Source of the DNA: Octopus sinensis
Lineage: Eukaryota
Reading direction: 5' to 3'
NCBI RefSeq assembly: GCF_006345805.1
Contig: NC_043006.1
Coordinates: forward strand, 59,334,001-59,398,000
DNA length: 64,000 nt
Both the position numbers and the translations under genes were made by a program. Below the pieces are notes generated by a model that worked only from the letters and a program-made list of their open reading frames with translations, was not told the DNA's origin and searched no databases. Below, piece after piece: positions 12,703-26,702 of the stretch. Within the stretch, counting starts at the first letter, position 1; each line of letters starts with the position of its first letter.

Positions 12703-13570
12703 AAGAAAATGCAAAAGTGGACAATAAATCATTCGGACAGATAAACGATCCAAAGGCGGAGAGAAGAAACGACAATAAGGATGACAGGCAAAAAAAGACG
12801 GGTAGGAGCAGCGTGATAGAAGGATTAGAAAAAAATCAGAGAGAAAGGGCAATATACAGTGGATATAAGCGAGGTAGGGAAAGCGGGAGTTAGAGAGAGG
12901 GCCAAGAAATGTGAGAGAGGGTGGGGCGAGAAAAAGAAAAGAGGGAGAAAGTATGAGGGGGGCTAAACAATAGAGTCAGAGTCGTAGAAAATTTAGATAC
13001 AGGTCTACTATAAGGTGAGCACAAGTGTGTACGTACGCCGTTATATGTATATACAAATATAAAAAATGAAACAAAAATGCAAAAGCGGACAATAGAACAT
13101 TCGGACAGATAAACGTTCTAAAGGCGGACAGGAGAAACAATTATTAGAAGGACAGGCAAAATAAAAGACGGGTCATGTGTGGCCTTCTTTCCTCAGTCAA
13201 GTTACCAGAAGTCCTTATTGTTTCGGGCAGTTACACATGAGATAGTTTGATCTGGTTGCCCCCCAAAAAGTCTAAGCTAAGAACATTAGATTATTTTTTT
13301 AAGAAAGCTAGCGAATGTGTACGGCAACAAAGACAAAAAAATCGGAGAACATGGTACACAATTACAAATACAAACAACAAGAAAATAACAAAAGGCGTCT
13401 TTCGACTGAGAACGAATCAAATTGAGCTGGCGTGTATTAAATGAAAGCCTAAAGGCAGAAACTTAGGAGATGGACATAAGATGTGTTGGCGGTCGGCTGT
13501 CAGGCCAAGAAAGAAAGATCATGGCTGGAAGGAGGAGAGAGGGGTAGGAGCAGCGGGATTGAAGGATTAT
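12700..13570 (-). repeat. Partially duplicated interspersed repeat (probable pseudo-LTR pieces)
   Basis: 12706-12803 resembles 13074-13173. GGGTAGGAGCAGCG..GAAGGATTA occurs at about 12800 and 13542. Confidence 0.5.
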
Positions 13571-13899
13571 ATATGTATATATGCGCGCGCGCACTCACAC
13601 GCAGACACACAGTGACACACACACACATATACAAAGAAGGAGACACTGGTCTAAGGACCCTCCTAACTGCATTAGCAGAATATGTAAAAAGTGATCATGA
13701 AATTAAATACGAGATACGACCAGATATCTCGGTTTTATCGAAGTTTTGATACATTTTAACATTTTTAAAACCAAAAATCTTGATAGGAATATATTTATAT
13801 ATTTTAGAAATGATATATAATTTGTGTGACACTTTCATGTGTCTAGTATCGTTATTTTTCTTCGCTATTTACCCTACGTTTTCATTCAATTTTGTGAGA

Positions 13900-14062
13900 C
13901 TAAGTTACAGAGACGTAAACATATAACCACCGGTTGTCAAGTGATGGTGGTGAACAAACACAGACACAAAGATACGCCAAATCCACTCATAAGACTTTGG
14001 TCGGCCCGAGGCTACAGGAGAAGATATTTGCCCTAAGTATCTCACCACACAGCTACGCCTGT
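13900..14062 (-). mobile_element. Decayed SINE family A
   Basis: AAATCCACTCATAAGACTTTGGTCGGCCCGAGGCTA. Confidence 0.7.
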
Positions 14063-14599
14063 ACTTCGTCTTGTCACTAATTTTAATTTAACTGGATTCT
14101 CTGACAATTCGCGAAGACCCTACCCTTTCTCAACATTCTTCCCTCTCTTACATTTTCTTATTCCCCTTCTTTTACCCGAACTAATATGACTACTAGTAAT
14201 TGCGCGTGAAGAACATCATTACTTTCCTTGGATTCTTCTGCCTTAGTATTTGGAATGAATTTCTTGCCTATCGCAGATGCTACAAGATTTAGCCGTTGAC
14301 TTATACAGTATACTGTATTGCTCTTAATCACAGTGACTAGAAAATACCAGAAACTAGAAATGAAAGCAGTTGTGCAAAAAGAAGGTTTAAAAGGATTCGG
14401 CTGGACGTTAAGATTTATATTTTACCAAGGTTTGATGTGGAAGTCAATATTCAACCAAATTGGTAAAATATAAAACTTGCAGCATCTACAAAACGCGAGA
14501 AAATAAAGACAAAATTAAGTATAATGTTCAACATACTACTCTCTTGACTTCCGGATTTTCTTATAAATTTGTTTTCTTGCAAATTTGAAGAGAAATTTA

Positions 14600-14830
14600 A
14601 CATAGAATGGCTATGGAGTCTATGGATCTATAATCGGACTGAATATAATGGTTATTCATGCAAATGTCAGAAGTATGTACGGTCATTTGAAGAAAGAGGA
14701 AGATAATGTAAACTTCTCTGGCGATAGAAAGCTGGTTTGAAAACTTTAAGAGGAACTTTAACATGAAATTACCGGTGAGTTGCGACTAGTGATATCCTGA
14801 GAAACGGTAGAGGGTTTCCAACAAAACATT
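14600..14830 (+). mobile_element. pogo/Tigger-like transposase fragment
   Basis: IHANVRSMYGHLKKE..NFS..SWFENFKR..NMK.TGE..TSD (cf. ASxGWFxxFKKR..KxTGExASAD). Confidence 0.6.
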
Positions 14831-15369
14831 ATGTCTTTTAGAAAATGCACCAAGCTACTTAGTAAACTTAATAACGCCGTGTGAGTGAAATATAAGTTCA
14901 AGAACAGGATTTATTTACTCAAGCCAACGGACCAAGGTATGATATCGAATCCCAAGTTATGTTTTCTAAGAACTTTGAAAAAATCCATAGAATCATATGG
15001 TGTAGAGAATAAACATACATAACTGAATATGCTTTTCAACCTAAGGTTATCTGCAAGGCAAAAGAGAATGCTCCCTCTCCTTTCAGACAATTACCATTGT
15101 AAAATCTATTACACAACAGTCACCACTTTCAATAGGCGACTACGTACCCTACTAATATATTATTGTATAGTTGTTTATTTCCTAATCTATATGTCTACAA
15201 TTTGAGTACTTAAAAAATAGTATTTATCTTGAACTTTAGCTGAAAAATTTCGGGTTGGAAATTCGCACCATTCGCTTTAAGCTTATACAAAAATACCATT
15301 ATCATTATTTACAGGATTTTAAAAGACTGCGCCGTATAAAAGAAAAAAATAAAAACATTCGCACCGAAA

Positions 15370-15418
<49 letters not shown>

Positions 15419-16399
15419 ATATATATTATTGTTCATATTTGTATTGTTATCCCGGGAGTATGTAGTTGTGATGTTTAGACCTCATAATACTAAACGATTG
15501 AGACCACTCCACCCTAATGAATTTATGGAACAATATTCATGTAGACTTTAAACTTCCATCAAAACTTCATGCTAATTTATATTCCAAATTCCTGGTTATG
15601 AATGACATAATTAGCTATTTCACTAATTTCTTCATTTTTATTAAAACTAGTTGAAAGAAACGGGTTAAGGTGATCTGGCTGTGCTTTCTAGCAGAACGAG
15701 TAACCACACCGAAGATTTATTCTTGGATCAATAACAATAGTTGTAGTAACAATAATGTTACTACCGTCATTTACAGTCAATTAAAGTAATTTTATATGAA
15801 TGCAAATCCCTTCGATTATTTTACATTAAAATGGCGACTCGATACGTAATGATATTCATTTGAATTTTTTAATTATTAAACAGAAATAAAATATATCTCC
15901 ATTTATAAATTCCTCTTCTGAAACCTATCAAATTATATTTTTGCTTACTTTTTCGAAATGCGTTATCAATTTATCTTTCTAGAAAAATTCACCTAAATGT
16001 AGAAAATTACTGCGTATATTTCGAAGAAAAGGGATTGCATAAAATAGATATCGGTTTACATTAATAGATCAAGTATAAAGTGCAAAAATATATCAGATTA
16101 CTTGAAATGCGGAAATGAAAACAAAGCATAAAAATGACATTGTAAATTTAAAAGCGCATAAATTACGATTAGAGTCTTTAAAAAAAAAGCCACAGCAACT
16201 TATAATTAATTTGAAACAACATTAAAAAACCATTAACTTTTAAGATGCAATAATGTTGTAAAGGTCAGTAATACTTCCATTTTCAAAATATGCTTTGTGA
16301 GAAAATGACATTTCTATAACTTAGAAGTATTTGATTAATCAAAATTAAAAAAAAAATTATATTAATTATTTAATGATGTATTAGAGTTTACATTAATTA

Positions 16400-17276
16400 T
16401 GGATCTGCTGTGTTCGCAGCCACCGCTTTCACGAAAATAGGCCGTTATTCTTCACATTTACCTTCTTTTTTTTTTTTCAAAACTCTACATCTTTTCACAA
16501 ATGTCACCCCTAACTGTGAATTTCAGTGTATATCCCCACTCCGATTCTCTTGTTGAGAAATTTGAATTTAAAAAAATTTCTTTAGTACTCTTGTACTTCA
16601 AGCAAATGAAGTACATTTTTGTAATTTAAAAGTTGCATTTTTGGAGATTCTAACACTCCCCGGAACCTTTTAGGGTGTATAAAGCTAGTTACTGCCAAGG
16701 AAATGTGGCCATAGATAGCTATGTTAAAGACGTTATTAGCCAGGAAAGATCTTCTGACAAATCTGTTGGGGTACCTGATGGTGGTGGTAAAGATGGGAAA
16801 ACGAAACTTAATTTAACATCAAATAGTATGACTATAATACGTCTAGAATGACTATATGCCCCGGTGTTGCTTGATCAGAGGTTAAGGACCGATGAGAATT
16901 AATTCTCTAATGTAATCATTCTATTGTTACAATCCCAAGTTGAATTCCAACTGTTGGTCAATTTGCGCCAAAGTTCTTTTCTCGGCGTAAAATTGCCGAA
17001 GCGAATGTCGTTTATCTCCCCCTTGATCTCTGACATCATCTGACGAACACCAACCAAAATGACGTGAATCAGCCAAGGTTTATCTGCTAGAAATATCAAC
17101 TCAAATTCTTTTAAATCATATCCTGATGCTGGATGTTCAAGAACCAAATGAAAGGCAGATTTTTAATCCCAGGATCAGATTTTAAACCCCAGTATAATAC
17201 GTCTATGTAGAGCAAATGTAGATTCAGATACAGGGGTCCAGACGGACAGACAGAATTTTGCTTTTATTATTATAGA
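16400..17276 (-). mobile_element. Probable non-autonomous Helitron
   Basis: Minus-strand 5' end A|TCTATAATAATAAAAG..(CTGT)n, as in the complete copies. The 3' end is decayed. Confidence 0.5.
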
Positions 17277-18353
17277 TATATTCTGCATTATTTCCATTTA
17301 AAAACACGTTTCACTTCTCCTGGATAATTGAAGGGGCATGGCTTACTCATTCTATCAGATGTTTAAATCTTAGAGCTTCACAATAATTATAAAGAATATT
17401 TATGTCACCATTGTCGTAACTTTCAGCCATAAGTTTACGGTTTGTTTTGGGGGGGAGGGGTGTTTGGACGTTCTCATTTTCATTTTATATTCTATTTTGA
17501 ACATGTTTCCTTATCTGTTGTAAATATCCACTCTATACTCTTTGATTCATTTTTTCCCTTGTGTATGCCGATGCACCCGTGCTTGTTCTAGTGTTTCGCC
17601 TCTCTGCTGCTTCTCTTTATGTCGTGGCCTATAACGTCTCATTCTTTCTCTTGTAAGCTAACATCGTCTGTCATCCATATTTCATAAAAAAAATATGAAT
17701 TTTCAATCGAGCAGGCGATAAATTATGGCGTATGATACGTGATATAAAACACTAGTTCAATTAAAGAAAAAACAAATCATTTTTCACTCACCACCGCCAT
17801 ATCTACCAACACCATCATCACCACCAGCATCATTCACCACCGTCATTATACTTTTCAGTAAAAAATCCCATTCCAAGTTGCTTGCCAACCAAGATTATTT
17901 CCGTTCAGAAGTTTGTTTATATCTACTTCTCTTGCTGTCGATACAAAGTTCAAATTACAAATTTAAACAAATAATAATAATATCCACTACTATTTTGCTA
18001 AGTTAGTTCACTTTCATTGAAATATTTATCTTTCTATCTATGATAAGTTTATTATCATATCTAATATAAGCCTTCTCTCTTCCGTTCAGCCACCGATGTG
18101 TTTGTCAATGTGGACAGATAGAAGATATAAAATATTGAATATTAAAATGTTATTTGCTTGTCAGTCGCAATAATATATGATGTCTATTCTTGTTCAGTAA
18201 TCATCTCTGGCAGGCTCCAATGTAGGCTACAAGGCTTGCTCTTGATCTGCAGCAGCGATGACTCCTGAGAACGAAGACTATCTCACTAAATTGAGGTTAA
18301 TAATAGAGACACAAAATAAAATTAAAGACCTTGTGTATATATATATATAATAT

Positions 18354-18421
<68 letters not shown>

Positions 18422-18524
18422 TGGCCTGCTCGCTTAGCCAGCGGGGTGGCGTCATTCGAAGGCTAAAACAATGCGAACGCATTGTGACTAGCGATGTGTA
18501 ACAAAATCTGATGATCTGGTCGGT

Positions 18525-18569
<45 letters not shown>

Positions 18570-18596
18570 TATATATATATATGTATGTATATATAT

Positions 18597-19013
18597 AGGC
18601 GCAGGAGTGGCTGTGTGGTAAGTAGCTTGCTTACCAACCGCATGGTTCCGGGTTCAGTCCCACTGCGTTGCATTTTGGGCATAATGTCTTCTCCTATAGC
18701 CTCGGGCCGACCAAAGCCTTCTGAGTGGATTTGGTAGACGGAAACTGAAAGAAGCCCGTCGTATATATGTATATATATGTATGTGTGTGTATATCTTTGT
18801 GTGTCTGTGTTTGTGTTCCCCCCCCCCACCCAACGTGACAACCGATGCTGGTGTGTTTACGTCCCCGTAACTTAGCAGTTCAGCAAAAGAGACCGATAGA
18901 ATAAGTACTGGGCTTAGAAAGAATAAGTCCTGGAGTCAATTTGCTCGACTAAAGGCGGTGCTCCAGCATGGCCTCAGTCAAATGACTGAAACAAGTAAAA
19001 GAGTAAAGAGTGA
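18597..19013 (+). mobile_element. SINE family A, full length
   Basis: Complete from head to AAGAGT tail. Confidence 0.95.
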
Positions 19014-19064
<51 letters not shown>

Positions 19065-19102
19065 CATACATACATGCACACATACATACATACATACATA
19101 CA

Positions 19103-19655
19103 TGGTGGCTGCCCCCCTCGTTATCGAGTATGGCCATTGCACGAAGCTTAATCAATGTTGTTATCGTGCAATACTTGTGCAAGAAGATTGTTTTTTTAAG
19201 TGAGGAAAGTCTGCACTGAGTCAATCCCACTCACTAAGCAACAGCAGCCATAATCCGAAAAGAAGAACAAGTCAACATCATCGGTGACCACTGAGCCGCA
19301 GATTTTATGTCGGAGTTATCCCAGTATCTGAGTTACCTTCTCCTAGAAGGATGCCCTAACAAAGGCTAGGAGTCCTTCACTCCCAATGGTTTAACCGCGC
19401 GATTGGGTATTCAGTCCGATTATTTCTATGTCCCCGCGCATGATACAGCCTTAAGACATTTATTGGATGGCCGTTGACTCTCAAGAGTTCTTCTGCCCTT
19501 TGATGGGTTTTGTCTTTCATCCCGCAGGGTGTCCAATAAACACCCTCCTCACCAAGAAAGCTTGGTGGGGTTGCCGGTTTAGTCGCCGACGACCCGGCCA
19601 TGCAACAGGTTGTACTGGGTTACATGTTACCAGTAGCACTCGAAAGTGACCTGAC
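19103..19655 (-). mobile_element. About 550-bp non-autonomous RTE-derived element, copy 1
   Basis: Shares CTAGGAGAAGG with the RTE 5'UTR at 38277. Ends in CCACCA(TGTA)n like the RTE end at 25120. Embedded in (TACA)n. Confidence 0.75.
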
Positions 19656-19667
19656 ATAAACATACAT

Positions 19668-19707
<40 letters not shown>

Positions 19708-20068
19708 ACATACATACATACATACATACATACATACATACATACATACATACATACATACATACATACATACATACATACATACATACGTACGTACGTA
19801 CGTACACACACACATACATACATACATACATACATACATACATACATAGATACATAGATACATACATACATACATACATACATACATACATACATACATA
19901 CATACGTACGTACGTACACACGTACATACATACATACATACATACATACATACATACATACATACATACATACATACGTACGTACACACATACATACATA
20001 CATACATACATACATACATACATACATACATACATACATACATACATACATACATACGTACGTACGTA
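19656..20068. repeat. (TACA)n array with TACG/TAGA variants
   Basis: Directly visible. Confidence 0.95.
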
Positions 20069-20982
20069 CCATTCAGTGCACTAAAAACATTACGCATGCG
20101 TATGTTTCTCGAAGACTTGAAAACGACACTAATACCTTTCTCGTACCCGTGATTGCAACTACACACAACACTTCGAACGTTATGGATTTGAAATCCAAGT
20201 GCAAGTGATAGCTACAAATTGCCTAATAAACAAAATACGTAGCAAATCCCTTGGAAATCCGAGATACAACCAAAACTGTCTATTACGTCACATTTCTCTT
20301 AAAGACATCACCCATATCATCATCAGCTACACAAAAATATCAGTAAGGTGGTACTTCTCAATGCGACATGATTAAAACAATATTGAATGCCATCTAAATA
20401 AACAGACTCCGAGTATAAATATTGAAAACACCCCCTATTATTGAAAATATGCATAAACATCAATAGAAGAAATATACTGATACTAAGAGCAGATATAACA
20501 GATCGGATATCGTAGTTTGAGACAGACGTAAAATATTGTGTACTCCCAAAGAGATTACCTGCCTTGCTGACGTGGATGTCACCTAGAACATCAAAGAGAA
20601 AGAGGGTACTACGGCCAGCAGCTTCGAAGACTTCAGCTTCTGTACCCAAATTAGAAGTTCTCATTTATACCAATAATAACCGGTACATTTGATTTTGTGA
20701 GGAAATGCTTAAAGGACAATCAGGGAAAGTTTGTTCTCAAAGACTGGTCCAACCAGCTAACACGCACATTAAGAATACAATCTGTAAGCGATACAGTTTA
20801 AAATGTGATGCTGTTTTGTTATATATTAGCCAATGATGGAGCTTTGTATTCTTGTTAGAAACCAGCTCCTTCCTTAAAGGAGACTCCAAATGAATAAAAA
20901 TAGAAAAGTATACTCGCACACACATGTACATACATACATACATACATACATACATACATACATACATACATACATACATACA

Positions 20983-21534
20983 TGGTGGCTGCCCCCTCGT
21001 TATCGAGTATGGCCATTGCACGAAGCTTAATCAATGTTGTTATCGTGCAATGCCTGTGCAAGAAGATTTTTTTTAAAGTGAGGAAAGTCTGTGCACTGAG
21101 TCAATTCCACTCACTAAGCAACAGCAGCCATAATCCGAAAAGAAGAACAAGTCAACAACATCGGTAACCACAGAGCCGCAGGTTTTATGTCGGAAATATC
21201 CCAGTTACATGAGTTACCTTCTCCTAGAAGGATGCCCTAACAAAGGCTAGGAGTCCTTCACTCCCAATGGTTTAACCGCGCGATCAGGTATTCAGTCCGA
21301 TTATTTCTATGTCCCCGCGCATGATACAGCCTTAAGACATTTATTGGATGACCTGACTCTCAAGAGTTCCTCCGCCCTTTGACGGATTTTGTCTTTCATC
21401 CCGCAGGGTGTCCAATAAACACCCTCCTCACCAAGCAAGCTTGGTGGGATTGACGGTTTAGTCGCCGACGACCCGACCATGCAACAGGTTGTACTGGGTT
21501 ACATGTTACCAGTAGCACTCGAAAGTGACTTGAC
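20983..21534 (-). mobile_element. About 550-bp non-autonomous RTE-derived element, copy 2
   Basis: Highly similar direct repeat of 19103-19655, also flanked by (TACA)n on both sides. Confidence 0.75.
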
Positions 21535-21647
21535 ATACATACATACATACATACATACATACATACATACATACATACATACATACATACATACATACAT
21601 ACATACATACATACATACATACATACATACATACATACATACATACA

Positions 21648-21950
21648 ATAGCTGAACTATTAAGAAATCTGCAGTTACTCTATCCAGACTACAAGTTCGG
21701 GTTTATACCTGTAATTATTTCGGTGCTGGTTTATGCAACACACTGCCTAAATACCGATCTTGAGAAATTAGGCTTTCAAAACCAAAAAGGGGAAAGCTAA
21801 TTCGAAGACTGCAGATCCAATCTATCACTGGAACTAAAAATCTGTAAAACTTTCCAGAAGTCTAGCATTCAAATATTTATGAGCATGTCTAGATATGTAA
21901 CTAAATGCATGAGAATACATGCATAATAAAACATAAAAATCTGCGCATAT
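21648..21950 (+). mobile_element. RLE-type non-LTR retrotransposon 3' end
   Basis: AELLRNLQLLYPDYKFGFIPVII..HCLNTDLEKLGF..LIRRLQIQSITGT..ICKTFQKF, flanked by (TACA)n. Confidence 0.7.
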
Positions 21951-22174
21951 ACATACATACGTACATGCATATATACATACATACATACATACATACATAC
22001 AGATATATGTTACATACACACATATATAGGTAGACAGGCAGATATATATATATATATATATATAATATATATATATATAAATTAAATATATATATAATAT
22101 ATATATAATATATATAATATATATTATATATATCATATATATATTTAAATATATATAAATATTTATATATATAG

Positions 22175-22207
<33 letters not shown>

Positions 22208-22544
22208 CATATAAGCGCATGCTTATATATATATACATACATACACAGGTAGACATACACTCACATACATACGTAGACACACGCGCACACGCACACACGC
22301 ATATATCCACGAATACATGTAGGTGTGTGTTTTATATATATATGCACAAAGTGGAGTGCACGCGACCTTGTTTGCTACGTCGTTCCTAGCAACCAATGTA
22401 ATAGCGTTCTTCGTAGAAAAGCGACTCCATATTGTTAACTCGAAGTTCAGTATTGCATCAGATGTGGTGTTCTGAAATACGGAATGTTTAAACTTTCGTT
22501 TATAACTTTACTAAAACTCGCATTTTACGTCAATTGTCTTGCAG

Positions 22545-22556
22545 GAAAAACCCCAA
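22545..22556 (+). CDS. Candidate 12-nt micro-exon (phase 1-1, xKTP) of the WSC gene
   Basis: ttgtcttgcag|GAAAAACCCCAA|gtgagt, in frame with the exon at 25891. Confidence 0.4.
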
Positions 22557-22754
22557 GTGAGTATAAGATTTCATAATCTTCTTTTCTTTATTATGAATCT
22601 TTGTGCGATTTTCGTTTTTGTAAATTTTTGCTATTACATCCGACACCATTTGAAGATGAAATTTGTTTTTTCTCTGGCTTTTGATTTGTTTTGAATGAAT
22701 CTTACCATCAAAACTGTCGGAAATCAGTCGTTATTCAAGTAAGCTCTCGCCTAC

Positions 22755-22942
22755 AATAGGCATAAGGGCTGAAAATTTGGAACTAGGAGACGGTCGATTA
22801 ACTGGTACTTATTTTATCGATCCTGAAATTAGGAAAGACAAAGGTGACTTCAGCGGAATTTGAACTTAGTATGTAAAACCGGAAGAAGTGCTACTAAGCA
22901 TTTTGTTCGGCGTGCTAACGATTCTTCCAGCTTGCCACCTTA
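22755..22942 (-). mobile_element. Decayed SINE family B (Meta/MESC-like central domain)
   Basis: Reverse complement of AAGGTGGCAAGCTGG..TTCAAATTCCGCTGAAGTCACCTTTG..GATAAAATAAGTACCAGT. Confidence 0.7.
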
Positions 22943-24129
22943 GAATGTTGTAATGTTAACATTTAGCTTTGAACAAAGGTCTCACGTGATATTTGTTCTA
23001 CTAAAGTCGGATGTAATAATTCTAAAATTGATAGTAAAAGTTTACGATTTCTATATATACATAAATATAATACAATTCGTATCTAATCACTGGAGTAATT
23101 TAGTTCTTTGTTCAGAAGAAAAAAATTATCCTTGACTCTGTCTAATCCGCAAAGCCATAAAATCTTTTCTACTATATGTACAAGGCCTGAAACTTTTGTG
23201 GGAGGAGTCCGTCAATTACATCAAACCCTGTTGAACGATGTTCGGACGATGTTTGGCGGCATTTATAGAGCTCTAGAATGAGAAGAAAACTGTGGGATTG
23301 TTTATTGCTGTAAAAAGTACAGCCGAGTGTGTAAATTTTTACAATTGCATTCGTTCCATTTTGAACGTGTTGTTTATCAAAAGAATCAAATATATTTTGA
23401 CGGTTTTGATGTCCAAAACACAACAGAAACCCTAAGGAAAACAAATTTCACCTCACATATTGAGACAGATATAAATTTCACCTTCAAATAAGACGAGCAT
23501 AACAATACATTCATGCCGTTTGTTTCCCATGGCGTTTATTTCTATGTGCAGCACGGGTTCAGATGCTAGTCTGACAAGGGTAGCTTTGAGGTAAAAATTT
23601 ATTGTTGCACTTGTCTTAGAATTATGACGATATTGATGGTCACATTTTCAGAAAACATCTCCAAGTGCATATGAACAACATAAATTTTACCTTCATAGAT
23701 TGATGGACTCACAAATTTGCCGATGAAATTAACTAAACGGAGTTTCCATTTCGTAAAATCCCCTCAGCTTTTAGATTACTATGACATACCCAATATCTGG
23801 TATTTTCATGAAGTGTGTATAGAATCAATATAAGAAATTATTTAAATAAAACCTTTTTGTTTTCATTATAACATTGTATTTAAAGTCTATGCATTTCTAC
23901 AATAACTATGTCATTATATTTATGTTTACTTATACAATAATATAGGGTCTTCAAAAATGTAACTTATATATATAAGAACTGTTGAACTATTGCTACATAT
24001 TTAAGAACTATTTTATAGAAGGTGTAAAATAACACGTGGTGCTGTTTGTAACCCCACTAGAATTTCCGTTATGAATAAGTTACTTGAGGTTGTTATCTCT
24101 TTCATCTACCTCGGAAGCTCTGTACAAAA

Positions 24130-25125
24130 TTATGGAAATCTGGACACAGAAATACTTCTGCGAATTCAAAGGGCAGCACAAGCATTTGGAGCTTGGAGTC
24201 ACGCGTTTGGCGCAAACGACATATAAATAACAACATAAAATTGCCTCTTTACAAATCGTTTGTCTTACCACCCCTGTTGTACTCTTCTGAAACATGAACA
24301 TGCTGTGAAAAACATTTCAAATTATTAGAACGATTCCACCAAAAATGCCTTCGCCACATTTTGAAAATTAAATGGGACTTTTGTTTTACTCCAGACAGAT
24401 GTCTTTGCGTCTGCAGGCATCACCTCAATTAAATCAATGCTTCAGAAAAATCGGATGAGATGCTCTGGCCATATTGTTCGAATGGCGGATGAACGCACGC
24501 CCAAACAGTTGTTTTATGGCGAGCTTACAGGGGGAAAACGCAATCAGTGTAAACCTAAAAAGAGGTTTACGAACGGTATAAGGACTACTGTAAAGTCACT
24601 TAGAATGAATCCAAAGGCCATAGAAACCCTTGCTTCGGATCGAGCTGGGTGGGGAACAAAAATGTGGAGTGGAGTGAAAGCTTCTGAGGAGGCTAGGATG
24701 ACACATGCAAGACTCAAAAGACATTTAAAGAAGAATGTTGCAATCGGGAAGGTGAATCTACGTGACCTTTTTGTGTGCACAGTTTGTGACAAACCATGCC
24801 TTTCTTTTGCTGGGCTCAAATCTCATTGGCAGACCCATGAAAAACGAACCATCATCAACGATTCTGCCTATATATCTGTGCACACCTTTCAATGCCGTGT
24901 ATGCCATAAGGTCTGCAAGTCTAACGGGGCCCTCAAAAGGCATTTTAAGATCTACAGATATCAGAACTTAAATGCAGCTCTTGGTGGTCCAAATCAGATA
25001 TGCAAACTATGTGGGCGTCTTTTCAATACATTGTCTGGTTTAAAAAGCTACATCAGGCCCCAAGATCGCTCTAAGCTGTATGTAGAAGAGATGGTATGAT
25101 TTTCCATAAGGAGTAGACTACCACC
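24130..25125 (+). mobile_element. RTE LINE 3' fragment with three C-terminal C2H2-like fingers
   Basis: GHIVRMADERTPKQLFYGEL..GKR..KPKKRF; three CxxC..H motifs; (TGTA)n tail. Confidence 0.9.
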
Positions 25126-25204
25126 ATGTATGTATGTATGTATGTATGTATGTATGTATGTATGTATGTATGTATGTATGTATGTATGTATGTATGTATG
25201 TATA

Positions 25205-25480
25205 AAATAGACCATGAGGATCATCATCACTGCATTACTGGTGATGACACATGGGTTTATGGTCTCTGCTCGATGCGTTTGGTTATCTTGCGTATAAAAA
25301 AAATCTGACAAGCACGCACTACACGTCTGTACCTTGTAACAACCAGGTTCGAACTACCGGTTCGAAAATTTTCATGCATGCGCCGCAGAAAGGATGCTTT
25401 TACCTCCCACCCAAGTAGTTTTCCCCACACGACATTAATTTTAGTGTGGAAAAAAAGTCAAATCGAATATCTTTTGAACG
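25205..25480 (+). mobile_element. Right part of a fold-back mariner (same family as 5890-6480)
   Basis: [10 protein letters not shown] is followed by the same CTCTGCTCGATGCGTTTGGT junction. 25364-25413 is the reverse complement of 5890-5940. Confidence 0.8.
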
Positions 25481-25890
25481 CATTTCATACACACGCACAC
25501 GCAACAACAACAACAACAACAACACACACACACACACACACACACACAGTGTGTCTTCTATTATTTGGATCACATCGTGTATATGTCATAGTGGAATTGG
25601 TTCAGGAGCCTAAATGAACTATCGCACTCTGTTTTGTATTGAGTACTTCTTTCTCCGATCTCCATTTGCCAGCATACTTCGTACATTTTACATAAATTAG
25701 CTTCTACTAACTCTACAAGATTTCTCTTTGCTTCTACAACTGCTTACTAGCACATATATAAAATATTTGCTTTTACAAGCCTATAAGTTAGTAAATAATG
25801 TCGGCACGTTGTCAGCTTTTTATTTGATTTATTTTGCAGAGAATTATTTCATGTTTTAAACTCTTCTTGATCAATGTGTTCTTTTTACAG

Positions 25891-26035
25891 TATATATTGG
25901 CTGTTATCGTTACAACAAAGCTGCCGAAGAACTAGAGGCCTATCAACATTCATCAATTCCTCTCACAACTGGTCATCCCCAGTGCTTTAAACATTGCAGA
26001 AAATTGAAGAGAAGATTTGCAGGAATTATATACAA
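25891..26035 (+). CDS. WSC-domain membrane protein exon: WSC1 first half (phase 1-2)
   Basis: ttctttttacag|...|gtaaag; YIGCYRYNKAAEELEAYQHSSIPLTTGHPQCFKHCRKLKRRFAGIIY. Confidence 0.85.
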
Positions 26036-26187
26036 GTAAAGTTAATTCATTGCTCAACAGTAGATTGTTAAGTTGAAACTCACCTGGCATTCAGAATTTG
26101 CTGATGGAGCTTGTTTACACCAGCACTTCTCAACCGGGGTCCACATTACCCTAGGGGGTCTACATAAGATTTTGTTAAAATTTATCA

Positions 26188-26385
26188 GCAGGAGTGGCTG
26201 TGTGGTATAGACGCAGGAGTGGCTATATGGTAAGTAGCTTGCTTACCAACCACGTGGTTCCGGGCTCATTCCCATTGCATGGCACCTTGGGCAAGTGTCT
26301 TCTATTATAGCCTCGGGCCGACCAAAGCCTTGTGAGTGGATTTGGTAGACGGAAACTGAAAGAAGCCCGTCATATATATATATGT
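26188..26385 (+). mobile_element. SINE family A 5' half with duplicated head, preceded by a hAT-like TIR fragment at about 26122
   Basis: GCAGGAGTGGCT occurs twice; CAGCACTTCTCAACCGGGGTCC lies upstream. Confidence 0.85.
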
Positions 26386-26520
26386 CATCCTCCCCTTCAC
26401 AAATACTGAGAAGACACAGATAGTGTGTCTATAGCCAGCTGGAGGAGATATTTCCTGGGGCTACAAACTACAGTAGCATCCACCCTTATGGGTAAGCCAT
26501 ATTCAAATGGCAAATATGCG

Positions 26521-26567
<47 letters not shown>

Positions 26568-26609
26568 TATATTTACTACGTTGGCATATAACACACATAC
26601 GCATGCATA

Positions 26610-26702
<93 letters not shown>

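Noticed and set aside
18197-18295. Possible first exon MTPENEDYLTKL|gttaat
   Set aside because: Ends in phase 2, is not signal-peptide-like, and no bridging exon to the phase-1 exons was found
19103-21534. Direct repeats resembling an LTR pair
   Set aside because: No PBS, PPT or gag-pol between them, and the ends match RTE termini
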